DNA of 64,000 nucleotides from Bacteroidales bacterium. Lineage in GTDB: Bacteria > Bacteroidota > Bacteroidia > Bacteroidales > VadinHA17. The number at the start of each line of letters is the position of its first letter. Positions within the stretch are counted from its first letter, which is position 1. Shown here in pieces: positions 41,887 through 55,000 of the stretch. The stretch covers positions 23,413 through 87,412 of the forward strand of contig JAJFVL010000061.1 of the NCBI GenBank assembly GCA_021371855.1, written 5' to 3'. The notes under the pieces are model-generated. The model had not been told where the DNA came from. It saw only the letters and a program-made list of their open reading frames with translations, and did no database searches. A program made the translations under genes and the position numbers.

Positions 41887-42084
41887 ATGACAAAGAAGGA
41901 ATTTTCATTTAATGAAGCGATAAAGGAGATTGAAAATATTCTCCGGAACATTGAAAGCGGAGATCTTGATGTTGATAAGTTATCAGTAGAAGTAAAGCGT
42001 GCTTCAGAGCTGATAAAACAATGTCAGAAAAAATTAAGATCGACAGAGGAAGAAATCAACGGTATATTTAAGGATCTGGTATAA
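41887..42084 (+). CDS. xseB: Exodeoxyribonuclease VII small subunit
   Basis: 65-aa helical protein, 'FNEAIKEIENILRNIESGDLDVDKL', immediately downstream of xseA. Confidence 0.8.
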   Translation: MTKKEFSFNEAIKEIENILRNIESGDLDVDKLSVEVKRASELIKQCQKKLRSTEEEINGIFKDLV

Positions 42085-42087
42085 AAT

Positions 42088-42112
42088 AAATCAGGACCTA
42101 AGTCCTGATTTA
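42088..42112 (+). terminator. Hairpin terminator after xseB
   Basis: aaatcaggac-ctaa-gtcctgattt: a 10-bp stem 4 nt after the stop, with a short T tract. Confidence 0.6.
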
Positions 42113-42380
42113 CTACATTACTACCCTAAACCTAAACCCATGAAAAAAAAACCTTAACTTATGTTCCTACCTTCGATTTATTAAACGCATAACAGATATA
42201 AAAAGTTGCATTATTTTTCAGAATATTATACAAGAATATTGTTTTTTTGACAAACGATCTGTTTTTCTACACCAAGTGCATCCATAAACGCACTAATAAT
42301 TCCCTTTGTTTGGTTCCATCACAATCTTTATCCCATGAATCCGTGAATATTATTATTTAATGAAAATTGGGTATTAATTG

Positions 42381-42388
42381 TAACTTTG
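42381..42388 (+). promoter_or_regulatory. Bacteroidota-type -7 promoter box (TAnnTTTG)
   Basis: 'TAACTTTG' lies 34 nt upstream of the ATG at 42422. Only a degenerate TTTA lies about 21 nt upstream as a -33 element. Confidence 0.4.
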
Positions 42389-42421
42389 TCATGAATACTT
42401 AACAAATTGCATTATCTATTT

Positions 42422-43846
42422 ATGAATATATGTCTGAATGACAAGATTTTTAACATACTTTCTTCTGTAGTTACGTCAGAAAATGTGAGAGCATATGTTA
42501 TCGGAGGTTGGGTAAGAGATTGTCTTCTTAAAAGAGATCACCCCGATAAGGATATTGATATTGTTGTGATAGGAAACGGAATTGAGTTTGCTAAAAAAGC
42601 TGCAAGGAAAATAAAACCAGGAACCAAAGTCAGTGTTTTTAAAACCTTCGGAACAGCGATGTTCAAAAGCGAAGGATATGAAATCGAGTTTGTAGGAGCA
42701 CGGAAGGAATCATATAACAGAGATTCGAGAAAGCCTGTTGTCGAAGACGGGACTCTGGAAGATGATCAGAAAAGAAGAGATTTCACAATTAATGCTCTGG
42801 CAATAAGCCTTAATAAGGATACTTTCGGTGAACTACTTGATCCATTTGACGGTATTGAAGACCTCCGGAAGAAGATTATCCGAACCCCTCTTGATCCTGA
42901 TAAGACTTTTTCTGATGATCCTCTGCGGATGATGAGAGCAATAAGATTTGCGGCACAGCTTGATTTTACGATCGAAGCAAGAACAATTAATTCAATAAAA
43001 GAAAACGCGGAGAGGATCCGTATTGTTTCTTATGAAAGAATTGTCACTGAACTGAATAAAATAATTATGTGCAAGCATCCTTCAAAAGGCTTTCTACTTC
43101 TTGAAAGGACAGGTTTGCTTAAAATTATTTTTCCGGAGCTTGATAATCTGAAAGGCGTTGAAACAAAAGAAGGTAAATCACACAAAGATAACTTTCAGCA
43201 CTCGATAAAAGTACTTGATAATATATGCAAAAATACTGATAATCTTTGGCTTAGATGGGCGGCGCTTCTTCACGATATTGCAAAACCCGCGACAAAGAAA
43301 TATCTTCCCGGCACAGGTTGGTCATTCCATGGGCATGAATATATTGGTTCAAAAATGATCCCCGATATATTCAGAAAGCTAAAACTTCCTCTCAACGAAA
43401 AGATGAAATACGTTCAGAAAATAGTGGATCTGCACCTTCGTCCGATTGTATTGTCGCAAGAGATTGTTACTGATTCTGCAATCAGAAGATTACTATTTGA
43501 AGCAGGAGATGACATAGATGATCTGATGATTTTGTGCGAAGCTGATATAACATCAAGAAACGAAGCAAAAAAAACAAAGCATCTTGAAAATTTCAAACTC
43601 GTCAGGAATAAATTGAGAGAGATTGAAGAAAAGGACGCAATAAGAAATTTTCAACCTCCCGTTAATGGAAGTGAAATTATCACAACATTTGGAATAAGAC
43701 CAGGGAAGGAAGTCGGAGTTATTAAAAACGCAATCAGGGAAGCAATAATTGAAGGGATAATCCCAAATGACCATGAAGCTGCCTTAAAACTGATGCTTGA
43801 AAAAGGAAAAGAGATCGGGCTTACTCCTGTTGATCCTGCAGTCTGA
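42422..43846 (+). CDS. CCA-adding tRNA nucleotidyltransferase / poly(A) polymerase family protein with HD domain
   Basis: '[12 protein letters not shown]...DKDIDIVV' nucleotidyltransferase motif, '[15 protein letters not shown]', HD region 'HDIAKP'. The track ORF starts at TTG 42407, but the ATG '[10 protein letters not shown]' at 42422 is more likely. Confidence 0.8.
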   Translation: MNICLNDKIFNILSSVVTSENVRAYVIGGWVRDCLLKRDHPDKDIDIVVIGNGIEFAKKAARKIKPGTKVSVFKTFGTAMFKSEGYEIEFVGARKESYNRDSRKPVVEDGTLEDDQKRRDFTINALAISLNKDTFGELLDPFDGIEDLRKKIIRTPLDPDKTFSDDPLRMMRAIRFAAQLDFTIEARTINSIKENAERIRIVSYERIVTELNKIIMCKHPSKGFLLLERTGLLKIIFPELDNLKGVETKEGKSHKDNFQHSIKVLDNICKNTDNLWLRWAALLHDIAKPATKKYLPGTGWSFHGHEYIGSKMIPDIFRKLKLPLNEKMKYVQKIVDLHLRPIVLSQEIVTDSAIRRLLFEAGDDIDDLMILCEADITSRNEAKKTKHLENFKLVRNKLREIEEKDAIRNFQPPVNGSEIITTFGIRPGKEVGVIKNAIREAIIEGIIPNDHEAALKLMLEKGKEIGLTPVDPAV

Positions 43847-44870
43847 TTTTAAGATCCAACATTACCGGAAGATGATCACTGTATCCGCCCTGGTATCTGT
43901 AACCACGATATGTTGAATAGGGACTGAATCCTGGATATTTAGGATCTTTTTTAAGAAGAAACCTGGGTTTGAAAATGGTGACCATTTCTGAACCGGTATA
44001 CAGTCCATTTTTGCATGTTATTAGCATCTCTGATACTATAATCTGGTCAATCAGTTCCCATGTTCCCATATACCTATATGTCCCGAGTCCTTTATCAGAC
44101 AGATATTCTGACAGATTCTTCAGAATGATCCCCGAATCTGACGGAAGAATAAGAGATTTAATTTCCCGGTCATCAGGAGTGCTGTTAAAGTCTCCAAGGA
44201 TAATAATTTTTGCTTCAACCGGACTACTCCTGATAATTGAATCTGCTTTCTCTCTTACCATTGATGCGATATTCACCCTTAACCCCTCCCCTGCCAGTAC
44301 ACCTCCTCTTCGTGAAGGCCAGTGGTTGACAATCAGATGAATCGTATCAGACTTGATTAAGAATTTAACATAAAGAATACTTCTTGAGGTAAAGTCTTCA
44401 CGCTTAACATCCGACGGTATCCAGTACCTGTAATCAATAACTTCTGCACAATCTTTTCGATAGATCAAACATACATCAATACCTCTCTGGTCAGGAGAAT
44501 CTTCATGAACGATTCCATATTTAAATTTTGATAAATAAGTTCCGGAAACCAGGTCTGCAAGCACTTTCCTGTTTTCTATTTCAGAAAAGGCTACAATATC
44601 AGGAGTGTCCCACTCACCGGCCGCAACCAGTGTTTTATATAACAGGTCTATTTTTCTATTATATCTTGTAAGGTTCCATCTTTTTGTTCCACCGGGAAGA
44701 AATTCATCATCATCTTTTAGGGTATCATCATAAATGTCGAAAAGATTTTCTACATTATAGAACATCAGCCTTACAGGGTGAGATCCGGTATCCTGAGAAT
44801 ATACCCTGTTTAACAATATTATCAAAAACAAAAATGTAATAATCGGCCCCGAAATGATAGACTTATTCAT
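43821..44870 (-). CDS. Endonuclease/exonuclease/phosphatase (EEP) family protein, secreted
   Basis: Signal peptide. '[12 protein letters not shown]', 'IVAFSEIEN', 'LGDFNS', 'SDHLPV' are the EEP catalytic blocks. Confidence 0.8.
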   Translation of the reverse strand: MNKSIISGPIITFLFLIILLNRVYSQDTGSHPVRLMFYNVENLFDIYDDTLKDDDEFLPGGTKRWNLTRYNRKIDLLYKTLVAAGEWDTPDIVAFSEIENRKVLADLVSGTYLSKFKYGIVHEDSPDQRGIDVCLIYRKDCAEVIDYRYWIPSDVKREDFTSRSILYVKFLIKSDTIHLIVNHWPSRRGGVLAGEGLRVNIASMVREKADSIIRSSPVEAKIIILGDFNSTPDDREIKSLILPSDSGIILKNLSEYLSDKGLGTYRYMGTWELIDQIIVSEMLITCKNGLYTGSEMVTIFKPRFLLKKDPKYPGFSPYSTYRGYRYQGGYSDHLPVMLDLKIRLQDQQE

Positions 44871-45025
44871 CTGTCTTAAGAAATTTGCAAAGCATTACTT
44901 CCAAAGCAGCAAGTTCTCTGATTCAATAAAATTATTAAACATCAGGGCCATTTTTTGTTTATGATGTTTATTAAAAAAAATCAGTAGTGTTTTTGTTTGC
45001 AATCAATCATGTAGGTTTCCGAATT

Positions 45026-46021
45026 TCAAAATGCATTTAGCCAACGGTATCTTCTGGCACTTTCTCCGAATTTAACAGCCAATGTAAGTTCGTGACTTCC
45101 AAAACTTTGACTCCGGATGTCGGTTAAAGTAAAATCATATGCATAAGCAAAATAGAATCTGTCATACTTTAAACCCAACAAAAGAATAATTGCGTCATTT
45201 GTTCTCCATGATACCCCGGCCCAATAGTCATCCTTAAAGTAGGCTCTTGCAGTAATATCGGCCTGAATAGATTTAAAAAGCATGTCGGATGATTTAATGA
45301 ACGCAGAGGGTTCAACTTTCCAATCAGAATTCAATACAAACTTAACGCCTCCTGTAAGAAAAAAGTGGCCAAGTTCATTTCTGCCAGTTTCTGAAGTATC
45401 GGCAAATATTAACGAACCTCTGAGCAAATTGGACATTGAAAACCCTACATAGTACTTCGAAGTAGTAAAGCTTGCCCCAAAATTAAAATCAGGAATAAAG
45501 ACTGATCTGTCGTATGAATTCAATAATGGGTCATCAGTGTTATAAATCAATCCGTCGGTATTAATTGCATATTGGTAAGCTGTCAATGCCAAACCGAAAG
45601 AAAGATTATTAGGGAATCCATCGGTTTGACCCATCGAAATATGATAAGCATATACTCCCTGGATTCCTGTACGGTGCATTATTCCGTTATTGTCGTTGAA
45701 TATGTAACCACCAAGACCTACTTTGCTTCCTTTTGTTGGCTTTGTAATATTCTTTCGTACGGTAGTTGATTTTGATATATAGCTGTTTCTAAGAAGGCGT
45801 GTTTGAAAACTGGCAGCATATGTGCTCGGAGCTCCTTCCATTCCAATCCATTGTTCTCTGACAGTAAGATTAACTGTAGTATAACCATCGCGCCCTGCCA
45901 ATGATGGATTTATCAAAAATCCATTCATTGTGTACTGGCTGTACATCGGCACTTGCTGAGCAATTGCTGCTCCAAAGACAAAGCTCAGAACAACCGTTGA
46001 TATATATCTGAAATACCTCAT
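45026..46021 (-). CDS. PorP/SprF-family type IX secretion system outer-membrane protein
   Basis: 'AAIAQQVPMYSQYTMNGFLINPSLAGRDGYTTVNLTVREQWIGMEGAPSTYAASFQ' is the family's N-terminal signature, followed by beta-barrel-like alternation to a C-terminal 'F'. The gene starts 28 bp downstream of the giant type-B cargo gene. Confidence 0.9.
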   Translation of the reverse strand: MRYFRYISTVVLSFVFGAAIAQQVPMYSQYTMNGFLINPSLAGRDGYTTVNLTVREQWIGMEGAPSTYAASFQTRLLRNSYISKSTTVRKNITKPTKGSKVGLGGYIFNDNNGIMHRTGIQGVYAYHISMGQTDGFPNNLSFGLALTAYQYAINTDGLIYNTDDPLLNSYDRSVFIPDFNFGASFTTSKYYVGFSMSNLLRGSLIFADTSETGRNELGHFFLTGGVKFVLNSDWKVEPSAFIKSSDMLFKSIQADITARAYFKDDYWAGVSWRTNDAIILLLGLKYDRFYFAYAYDFTLTDIRSQSFGSHELTLAVKFGESARRYRWLNAF

Positions 46022-46049
46022 ATACTTTATCTGAGAAGAGTTTAAATTA

Positions 46050-49000
46050 TTATCTTATAATACTTATAACACCTGATCGTGGTTCGGATCCATTATTGAG
46101 ATGAAGAACATAATGATATGAATCTGTCGGTAAAAGTTTCCCTTTAAAAGTTCCATCCCATTCATTTGCTGAAATATTTTTTGTTTTGAATACTAATTTA
46201 CCCCATCTGTTAAAGACAAGAACTTCAGCATTGGGGAACAACCCAATATTCTTAATCTTCCAGGTATCATTGAATCCATCATTATTTGGAGTGATAATCT
46301 CAGATACTTCAAGGCAATTTTCCGAACCAACAAAACCAACTACAATATTCAGAGACGCTGCACATCCATTTTTGTCAGTAACGATCACGCTATATGCACC
46401 ATCAGGAATATTCTTTCTGTTCGGAGTTACTATTCCATCAGACCAGATTACATTATAAGGATTTGTCCCTCCCGTAATCGTAAGTGTAATGCTTCCATCA
46501 GCTTCACCCGGACAAGAAGCATCTTCCACCGTATGTGCAATTGAAAGCACTGGAGGTTCTGTGATAACTTCAGATACATTTATTACACAATTATTTGCAT
46601 CGCGGACAGTAATTATGTGTGTACCAGCTCCAAGATTACCAAATACACCAGAGGTCTGATATGCACCTCCATTCAGGCTATACTCATAAGGATAAGTGCC
46701 TCCGTCACCAAGTACCGATACAGATCCATTGGCTGATCCGGAACATGATGCATTATTCTTTGCAACAACTCTTCCTGTTAAGGCTGCTGTTGGTTGAGAA
46801 ATAGTAACTGTCATATCGAACGGGCAAAGATTTGCATCCTGAACCGTTATTAAATATGTTCCTGCAACCAGCGATTCAAATGTACCGGAAACCTGATATG
46901 ATCCTGACCCAAGCTTATAAGAGTATGGAGGTGTTCCTCCCGACCCGTTAACAGTAACTTTTCCTGTATTACTTCCATAACAAAGAATATTGGTCTGAGA
47001 AACGACTTCTCCTCCAACAACTGACAATGGTTGAGTTATTGTGACACTTACATCAGATGTTTTAAGAGTAGCATCCCTGATCGTAATAGTGTAATCTCCT
47101 GCAGCCAGTAAACCGAATATGCCCGATGACTGATATGTTGTCGCATCCAGACTGTACTCATAAGGTGCATAACCGCCCGAACCCTCTATGGTGAAACTTC
47201 CTGTTGCAGTACCAAAACAGGAAACATTGGTTTGTGAAGTAATGCTGCCTGTAAGTGCAAGTGGTGGGGTTACAGTTACCGTAAAGTTGCATATTGCTGA
47301 ATTACCTGCTGCGTCATAAACAATATATGAAACAGTTGTTACACCAGTGTTAAAAACATATGTCCCAACCTGATTAACCCCCGTAGCCGGCGATACGGCT
47401 GTCGTTGCTCCGGTCATTACCCACGTAAGAGTATTAACAACACAATTATCAGTAATAGTTGCATCAGGAACCTTAATTGTTGTATAACTAAATCCGGCAT
47501 CTTCAATTTGAGAAATATTAGCAGGGCATGTTATTGCAGGTGACTCATTATCAATCACAACTACATTAAAACTGCAGGTGGTTATTTTTCCGCAGTTATC
47601 TGTAGCAGTATACGACACAGGAGTTGTTCCTGTTGTAAAGAATTCACCTGAATTATGGGAACTTACGACACTCAATAATCCGCAATTATCCGTCACAGTA
47701 GGAAGAGTCCAGGTTACTAATGCACCACAACTACCGGGATTGTTATTTACTGTAATATCTACAGGACAACCGTTAATTACAGGGGCAGTCGTATCTGCTA
47801 TGTTTATGGTTTGACTTACATTTACACTATTACCATGAGCATCTGTTACTGTATATGTTCTTGTTATTACCAAAGGACAGGTTCCTGTTGAAACATCACT
47901 GCTTGTCACCATTAGTGCCACATCATTCGTACATGCATCTGTTATGGTTATGCCTCCTGGCAGAGCTTCCAATTCCGCAACGGAAGTTACAGCTGCCGGA
48001 GCAACACTTAAGGTACAACCTTCTATCGTTGCCTCTGTTAAAGAGCCAGCAACAACGGGTGATGAATTGTCACTTATAATTACATTCTGTGTCTGGATAG
48101 TTGTGTTGCCATTCCCATCATCATATGTCCATTTGACCACTGTCGTACCCTGTGTAGTGATCGGTAATACAGCATCACTCGTTACTGTTACCATACCAGC
48201 ACAGTTATCAGTTGCAGTAGGTTGCATTAAGGCAGTAACTGAGCAATCAGCAGTTACATCCGGTAAAGTAGTCAGATCAGGAACAGGATCAGTAATATCA
48301 GTTATTACTACATTCTGCGTCTGGGTAGCAATGTTGCCATTCCCATCATCGTATGTCCATGTGACTATTGTTGTACCTTGTTTGGTTATTGGTAATGCAG
48401 CATCGCTGGTTACAGTTACAGTGCCTGTACAGTTATCTGTTGCTGTTGGCTGCACCAATGCCGTTATTGAACACTCGGCTGTTATATCCGGCAAAGTAGC
48501 AAGATCCGGAACAGGAGCAATAAAATCATCTACAGTTACTGTGGTCGATGAAGAAGTTGCCTCCAGACATGCTCCGTTCTGTACAACTGCCCTGAATTGT
48601 GTTGTAGATACCAATACTCCTGAGATATATGTATCAGCCGTATTTATTATGTCGGTCCAGGTAGTACCATCCGGTGAGGACTGCCACTTAGTAACCGTTC
48701 CGGTATAGCCTGTTAATGTCATTATAGCACTCGTGCTTCCGGCACAGATAGATGTTCCTCCAGTTACTGTTCCACCTACACTGGCCACAGCTACAGTTAT
48801 TGTACCAGTCGAGGTCACGTTTCCACAACCTCCTGTCAATGTTACAGTGTATGGGAATGACCCGGAGACTGTCGGTGTGCCAGTTATCGTTACTACATTA
48901 CCAGCCCATGAACCAATTACACCTGCAGGTAAGCCTGTTATCGTTGCCCCGGTAGCTCCCGTTGAAGCAAAAGTGATGTCCGTCATAGCAGTGTTGATAC

Positions 49001-52000
49001 ATAAGGTCTGGTTATTTGTTCCTGCACCGGAGCTTAATGTGATCGTATTGTCTGACGTAACTGTTATAATACCTGATGAGGTAACTGTTCCGCAACCGCC
49101 TGTCAGTGTTACTGTGTATGGGAATGACCCGGAGGTTGTTGGTGTGCCACTTATCGTGACCACATTACCAGCCCATGAACCGCTTACACCTGAAGGTAAC
49201 CCTGTTACAGTTGCTCCGGTAGCTCCGGTTGTTGTAAACGTGATGCTTGTCATCGCTGTATTAATACAAAAGGTCTGGTTATTTGTTCCTGCTCCGGAGC
49301 TTAGTGCTATTGTATTGTCTGGCATCACTGTTATAATACCTGTCGAGGTAACTGTTCCACAACCGCCTGTCAGTGTTGCTGTGTATGGGAATGACCCGGA
49401 GGCTGTTGGTGTGCCACTTATCGTGACTACATTACCAGCCCATGAACCTGTTACACCTGAAGGTAACCCTGTTACCGTTGCTCCGGTAGCTCCGGTTGTT
49501 GTAAACGTGATGCTTGGCATCGCTGTATTAATACATAAGGTCTGGTTATTTGTTCCTGCTCCGGAGCTTAGTGCTATTGTATTGTCTGGTGTTACCGTGA
49601 TCTTACCTGTAACTATAGCCAGAGCGCATGTACCTGTTGAGGTTACTGTATAATTGAATGTACCCGAAGCTGAAGGTGTACCGTTTATTGTAAAAACCCC
49701 TGCATTATATGTACCAGTAACTCCTGCCGGTAAGCCGGTCACTCCTGCTCCTGTTCCTCCACCTGTTACGGAGTATGTAATATTAGTGATCGCTGTATTG
49801 ATACATTTAGTCTGTGCGTCAGTACCTGAGGCTGAATTCAACGATATGGCAGCATCAGGATTAACTGTAATTGTTCCATTTGTTGTTACTGTTCCACAAC
49901 CTCCGTTCAATGTTACCAGGTAATTAAATATACCTGAAACTGTCGGAGTGCCACTAATCGTTATAGAATTGGACAGCCAGTTACCTGTTACTCCAGAAGG
50001 TAATCCGGTGACAGTAGCGCTGATGGCTCCTGTTGTTGAATAAGTGATAGTCGTAAGAGGGGTGTTAATACATTTCGTCTGTGCATTGGTACCAACTGCC
50101 GAGGTTAATAATATTGTATTGACAGGGGTGACAGTAATTACACCGTTTACTGCAACAATACCGCAACCTCCTGTTAGAGTTATTGTATAGTTATAAGTAC
50201 CTGAAACTGTTGGAGTACCACTTATCGTCACTACATTCGATGCCCAAACACCAGATACTCCCAATGGTAAGCCATTGAAGGTAGCACCGGTGGCTCCGGT
50301 GGTCGCATACTTTATATCTGTGATCGCTGTATTAATGCATTTCGTTTGTGAATCCGTACCTCCTGCTGAAGTGAGTGTTATGGCATTTTTGGGCGAAACT
50401 ATGATCGTACCTGTCGAGGTAACCGTTCCGCAACCACCAGTCAATGTTACTGTGTATGGGAATGACCCTGAAGCTGTCGGTGTTCCACCTATCGTTACTA
50501 AATTACCAGTCCATGAACCTGTTACACCTGCCGGTAAACCTGTGACTGTCGCACCAGTTGCACCTGTCGTTGCAAACGTGATAACAGTCATTGCCGAGTT
50601 GATACATAAAGTCTGGTTATTTGTTCCTGCACCGGAGCTTAGTATGATGGTATTGTCTGGACTTACTGTTACATTGGCTGAAGCTGTAATTGAACCACAT
50701 CCACCAACCGGTATTGTTGTATAAGTAACAGTATAGTTTCCTGCAGTACTTGTACCAGGAGTAATCGCTCCAGTGGCTATGTCTATTGTCAATCCTGCCG
50801 GAGTCGCTGAGTAAGTCCCTCCTGTGTAAGCTCCTGTCCCTGTTAATGTCACATTCTGCACTCCTGCAGTGGTACACCATGATGAACCTACATATGAAAT
50901 TATTGCTGTAGGAAGTGGTGTAACAGTAGTCTTGATACCTGCAGAGGTCGAGGTACATCCACTTGCATTTGTAATTATTACATCTACTATCTGCCCATTT
51001 GTAAGTGAGGTTGTAGTATATGTTGCAGAACTGCTGTTTTGCACAATAGTCCCATTTACCCTGAACTCATAATTGGTTCCGCCACCTGCAGTGAAAGTGA
51101 CACTGCTCCCATCACATATAACATTGTCCGCATCTGAACTCGAAATTGTAGCTGAAGGTAAAGCGAAAACAGTATTGGTAATACCAGCAGATTGTGCACT
51201 GCAACTGCTTGCATTGGTAACTACCACATCAACTACCTGACCGTTGGTAAGTGCCGTAGTTGTAAATGAAGGGGATAAACCACTTTGTATACTTACTCCG
51301 TTAATCCGGAAGTTATATGTCGTTCCTCCACTTGCTGTAAATGTAACACTTGTGCCTGCACAGAAAGAGTTGTCTGCATCAGAACTTACTAAACCTGGAA
51401 CTGGTAAGGCAACTACTGTATTGGCAATACCAGCAGAAGTAGTACTGCACCCGCTTGCATTGGAAACAATCACATCAACTACCTGTCCGTTGGTAAGTGT
51501 TGATGTGGTATAGATTGGCGCTCCGCTGTTCTGAACACTTATTCCATCAATCCTGAAATCAAAGTTAGTTCCACCGCTTGCAGTGAAAACAACAGTTGTT
51601 CCTAAACAGAATGTATTGTCTGCGTCTGAACTGACCAGAGTTGCTGTCGGATATGCAATAACTGTGTTAGTTATCCCAGCTGAAGTAGCACTGCATCCGT
51701 TAATATTTGTTACTATCACATCAACTACCTGTCCGTTGGTAAAAGAAGAAGTAGTATAAGTTGCAGACGCGCCGTTCTGCACGCTTGATCCATTTACCCT
51801 GAAGTTATAGTTATTCCCCCCAATTGCAGTAAAAGTGACACTTGTTCCGGCGCAGAAAGTATTGTCAGCCTCAGAGCTGGACAGAGTTGGTACGGGCAAG
51901 GAATTTATAGTTACTGCTGTTGAGGTTGCGCCTGTACATCCGCTTCCATTTGTTACTGTAACTGATACATTACCGGTTGGTCCGGACCCCCATGTGACTG

Positions 52001-55000
52001 TTACATAATTATCGGTTGAGGCTCCTCCACCTGTGATATTACCACCTGTAACTGACCAACTGTGAGATGAATAAGTACTTGAGAGTGAATATGTGGAGAC
52101 AGATCCTGAACAAACTGATAAAGGTTCAACGCTAAATACAGGTGTTGGAAGTGCATTGATTGTTACTGTGTTCTCAACAGAAGACCCACATGTATTCCCC
52201 ATGAGATCAGTTTTTGTAACAGTTCCTACTACCAGACCCGAAGTGGCTCCAACATCCCATCTGACAGTGACTGTGTTGGTGTTGGTCGGAGAAAGGAATG
52301 TCCCGTTAGTAACATTCCAGGAATATGTTGCACCTGATGAAACAGTAACATTGTATATTTTCGTATCCCCGTCACAGGCATTTGAATTAACCTTTGTTAC
52401 ATTGTTAAATGCAAATCCACTCTTGTTCAATACAAACTGTGATGTAGCAGTACAACCATTTCCATCAGTCACAGTCAATCGGATATTGTACACTCCGTCA
52501 GGCATCAGGTTATTGAAGAATGGAGTTGCTGATGTACTTGTATTACTAAAGTGTATGAACGGGAAAATACCATTAAAGTATACAAAAGGATATGCACCGG
52601 CTTCAATAACACCCCAAAGATAAGTATATGATCCACTGCCACCTGAAACAGAGGCTTTATATGATGCAAAAGGAGAAGCAAGGTCGCAAGAGGATAACGA
52701 CATAGCATCAATTTTAAGTGTCGAGGAAACAGTTATCTGCACACTTTTTGACCTGGAATTTCCATGAGAATCCAAAGCAGTCAAAATGACGGTCCTTGTT
52801 CCCATATCTCCGCAATTGAATGTGCTGGGAGAAACAGAAAGAGTAACAGATCCACAATTATCGAATGAACCGTTATCAACATCTGATGGCAGTAAAGCTC
52901 CCGTGCCTGTTGGACCAAGAACAAGGTTAAATGTTTTGACATTTACAACAGGTTTGACAGTATCAAGAACTGTAACCAGTGATGTACAAGTCGATGAATT
53001 CGATGATGCATCAGTTCCGGTAAGAGTAACTGAAACAGGGGTTCCGATATCAGAACAGCTGAAAGCAGTCCTGTTTAGTGAAAAGTTAAGGACTGAAGTA
53101 CAATTATCAGTGGACCCATTATTAACTGCAGAGGCATTTAATATCCCGGTTCCTGATCCATCAAGATATAGGTTTACATCTTTGCATAAAACCACAGGAG
53201 GTGTTACATCCTGAGTTATAAAGAGTACCGTAACACTTTCTTTGTTGCCGCTTTCATCTGTGGCTTCAATAAGGATATTTGTCGAAGCAGCTCCGGTGAT
53301 AATTGAACCTGCAGCAGGAGTTTGTGTTTTTGTCATTGCCCCCGGAACAGTACAGTTATCTGATACAGTTAATGATGCAAGGAAATCAGGAACCAGAGCC
53401 TGACAGTTGTTATCAAGATTTTGAGTTTTATTGGCCGGAGTAGTTATAACCGGTTTTGCAGCATCTAAAACAGTCACATCAATATCGGAGCTTGAGCTGT
53501 TCCCTGCAATATCCGTAGCTGTTAAAGTTACCGTAGTTATACCAAGACCTACCATCGTACCGGCAGCAGGTGTCTGGGTGACAACAATGCTTCCAAGAGG
53601 AGTGCAGTTATCTGAGAATGTTGCAGCTATTGGAGGGATTGCAGCCTGACATCCGGCTCCGGAATTTATTACCGGAGGCGTGGGAAGGGTTATTACAGGG
53701 CCTTCGTTATCAGTAACAGTTACTGTAAATGAGCATGTTGCTGTATTTCCGCTTCCATCTGTAACAAGGAAGGTGTTTGTAGTGGTACCAACCGGAAAGA
53801 CTGATCCGCTTGCAAATCCTGTAGTCTGGGATGTGGTACTCCCGGAACAATTATCAATACCTACAGGTGTGGCATAATTTACTACTGCTCCGCAAACTCC
53901 GGGGTCTGTAAAGGTATTCCAATTCCCCGGACAAGTTATCACCGGCAAAGTATTATCGGCAACAGTTACAACTGATGTGCATGTCGAGCTCTTACCTGCG
54001 TTATCAGTAACAGTCAATATTACATTATTAGGTCCTATATCAATACACGAGAAATTATCAGGAGATACAGACAGGCTTGCAATTCCGTCAGGATCATTCG
54101 ATCCGTTATCTATATCTGCTCCGTTAATAGAAACAGTACCGGCAGAATTAAGACTAACAGTTATGTTTTTACAAATAGCTACCGGAGGATTATTATCAAT
54201 AACTGTAACTACTGCAATGCATGTAGAAATATTTCCACTATTATCAGTAATTGTCAGTGTAACATTATTGGGTCCTATATTGGAACTGTTGAAAGTATTC
54301 GGGGCAACAGATGCCGATGCAATACCGCAATTGTCAGTTGATCCGTTATCTACCTGGGCAGCAGTTATTGTTGCTGCTCCAAAGGCATCAAGGATTACTG
54401 ATATATTCTTGCATAGAGCAACAGGAGGCTCAGATTCATTTACAGTTATTGTAAAACTACAGGTAGATGTATTACCTGAAATATCGGTAAATGTGTAACT
54501 GACAGTCGTTACCCCTTGATTAAAATTACTGCCAGGAGCATTTGACCGTGTAGTATATGTCATTGCACCACCACAATTATCTATTGCTGTTGGTTCAGAC
54601 CAGGAGACTGCAGCAGAGCAGAGACTCGGGTCGCTGGATATAACAATATTCGCAGGACAATCAGATATAACCGGTGCAATTGCATCACCGATCTGGACAA
54701 TATAATCCGGAGTAGTATAAGAACATCCTGTTAATGTAACTGTTTCGGTAACAGCAACAGTTCCGGGACCAGCAGCTCCCCAATTTACCTGAATACTATT
54801 TCCCGAACCAATAAGGGTGCCACCAGTCACAGTCCAGTTATACGTATTACCCGGGACTAAAGGTGTCGAATAAATTACACCTGCAGCATTAGGACACACA
54901 CTATTATTCCCTGATATTGAAGGTGTTGGTGAAGTACCCAATATAATAGCCTGAGAACCTGCCATGTTATTGGTACAGGAAGTCGTAGTATTTGTTGCCA

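Noticed and set aside
48790-51905. Regular direct repeats that could superficially suggest a CRISPR-like array
   Set aside because: Repeat units are 243-276 bp, contiguous with no unique spacers, and lie inside one long open reading frame. No cas genes are present.
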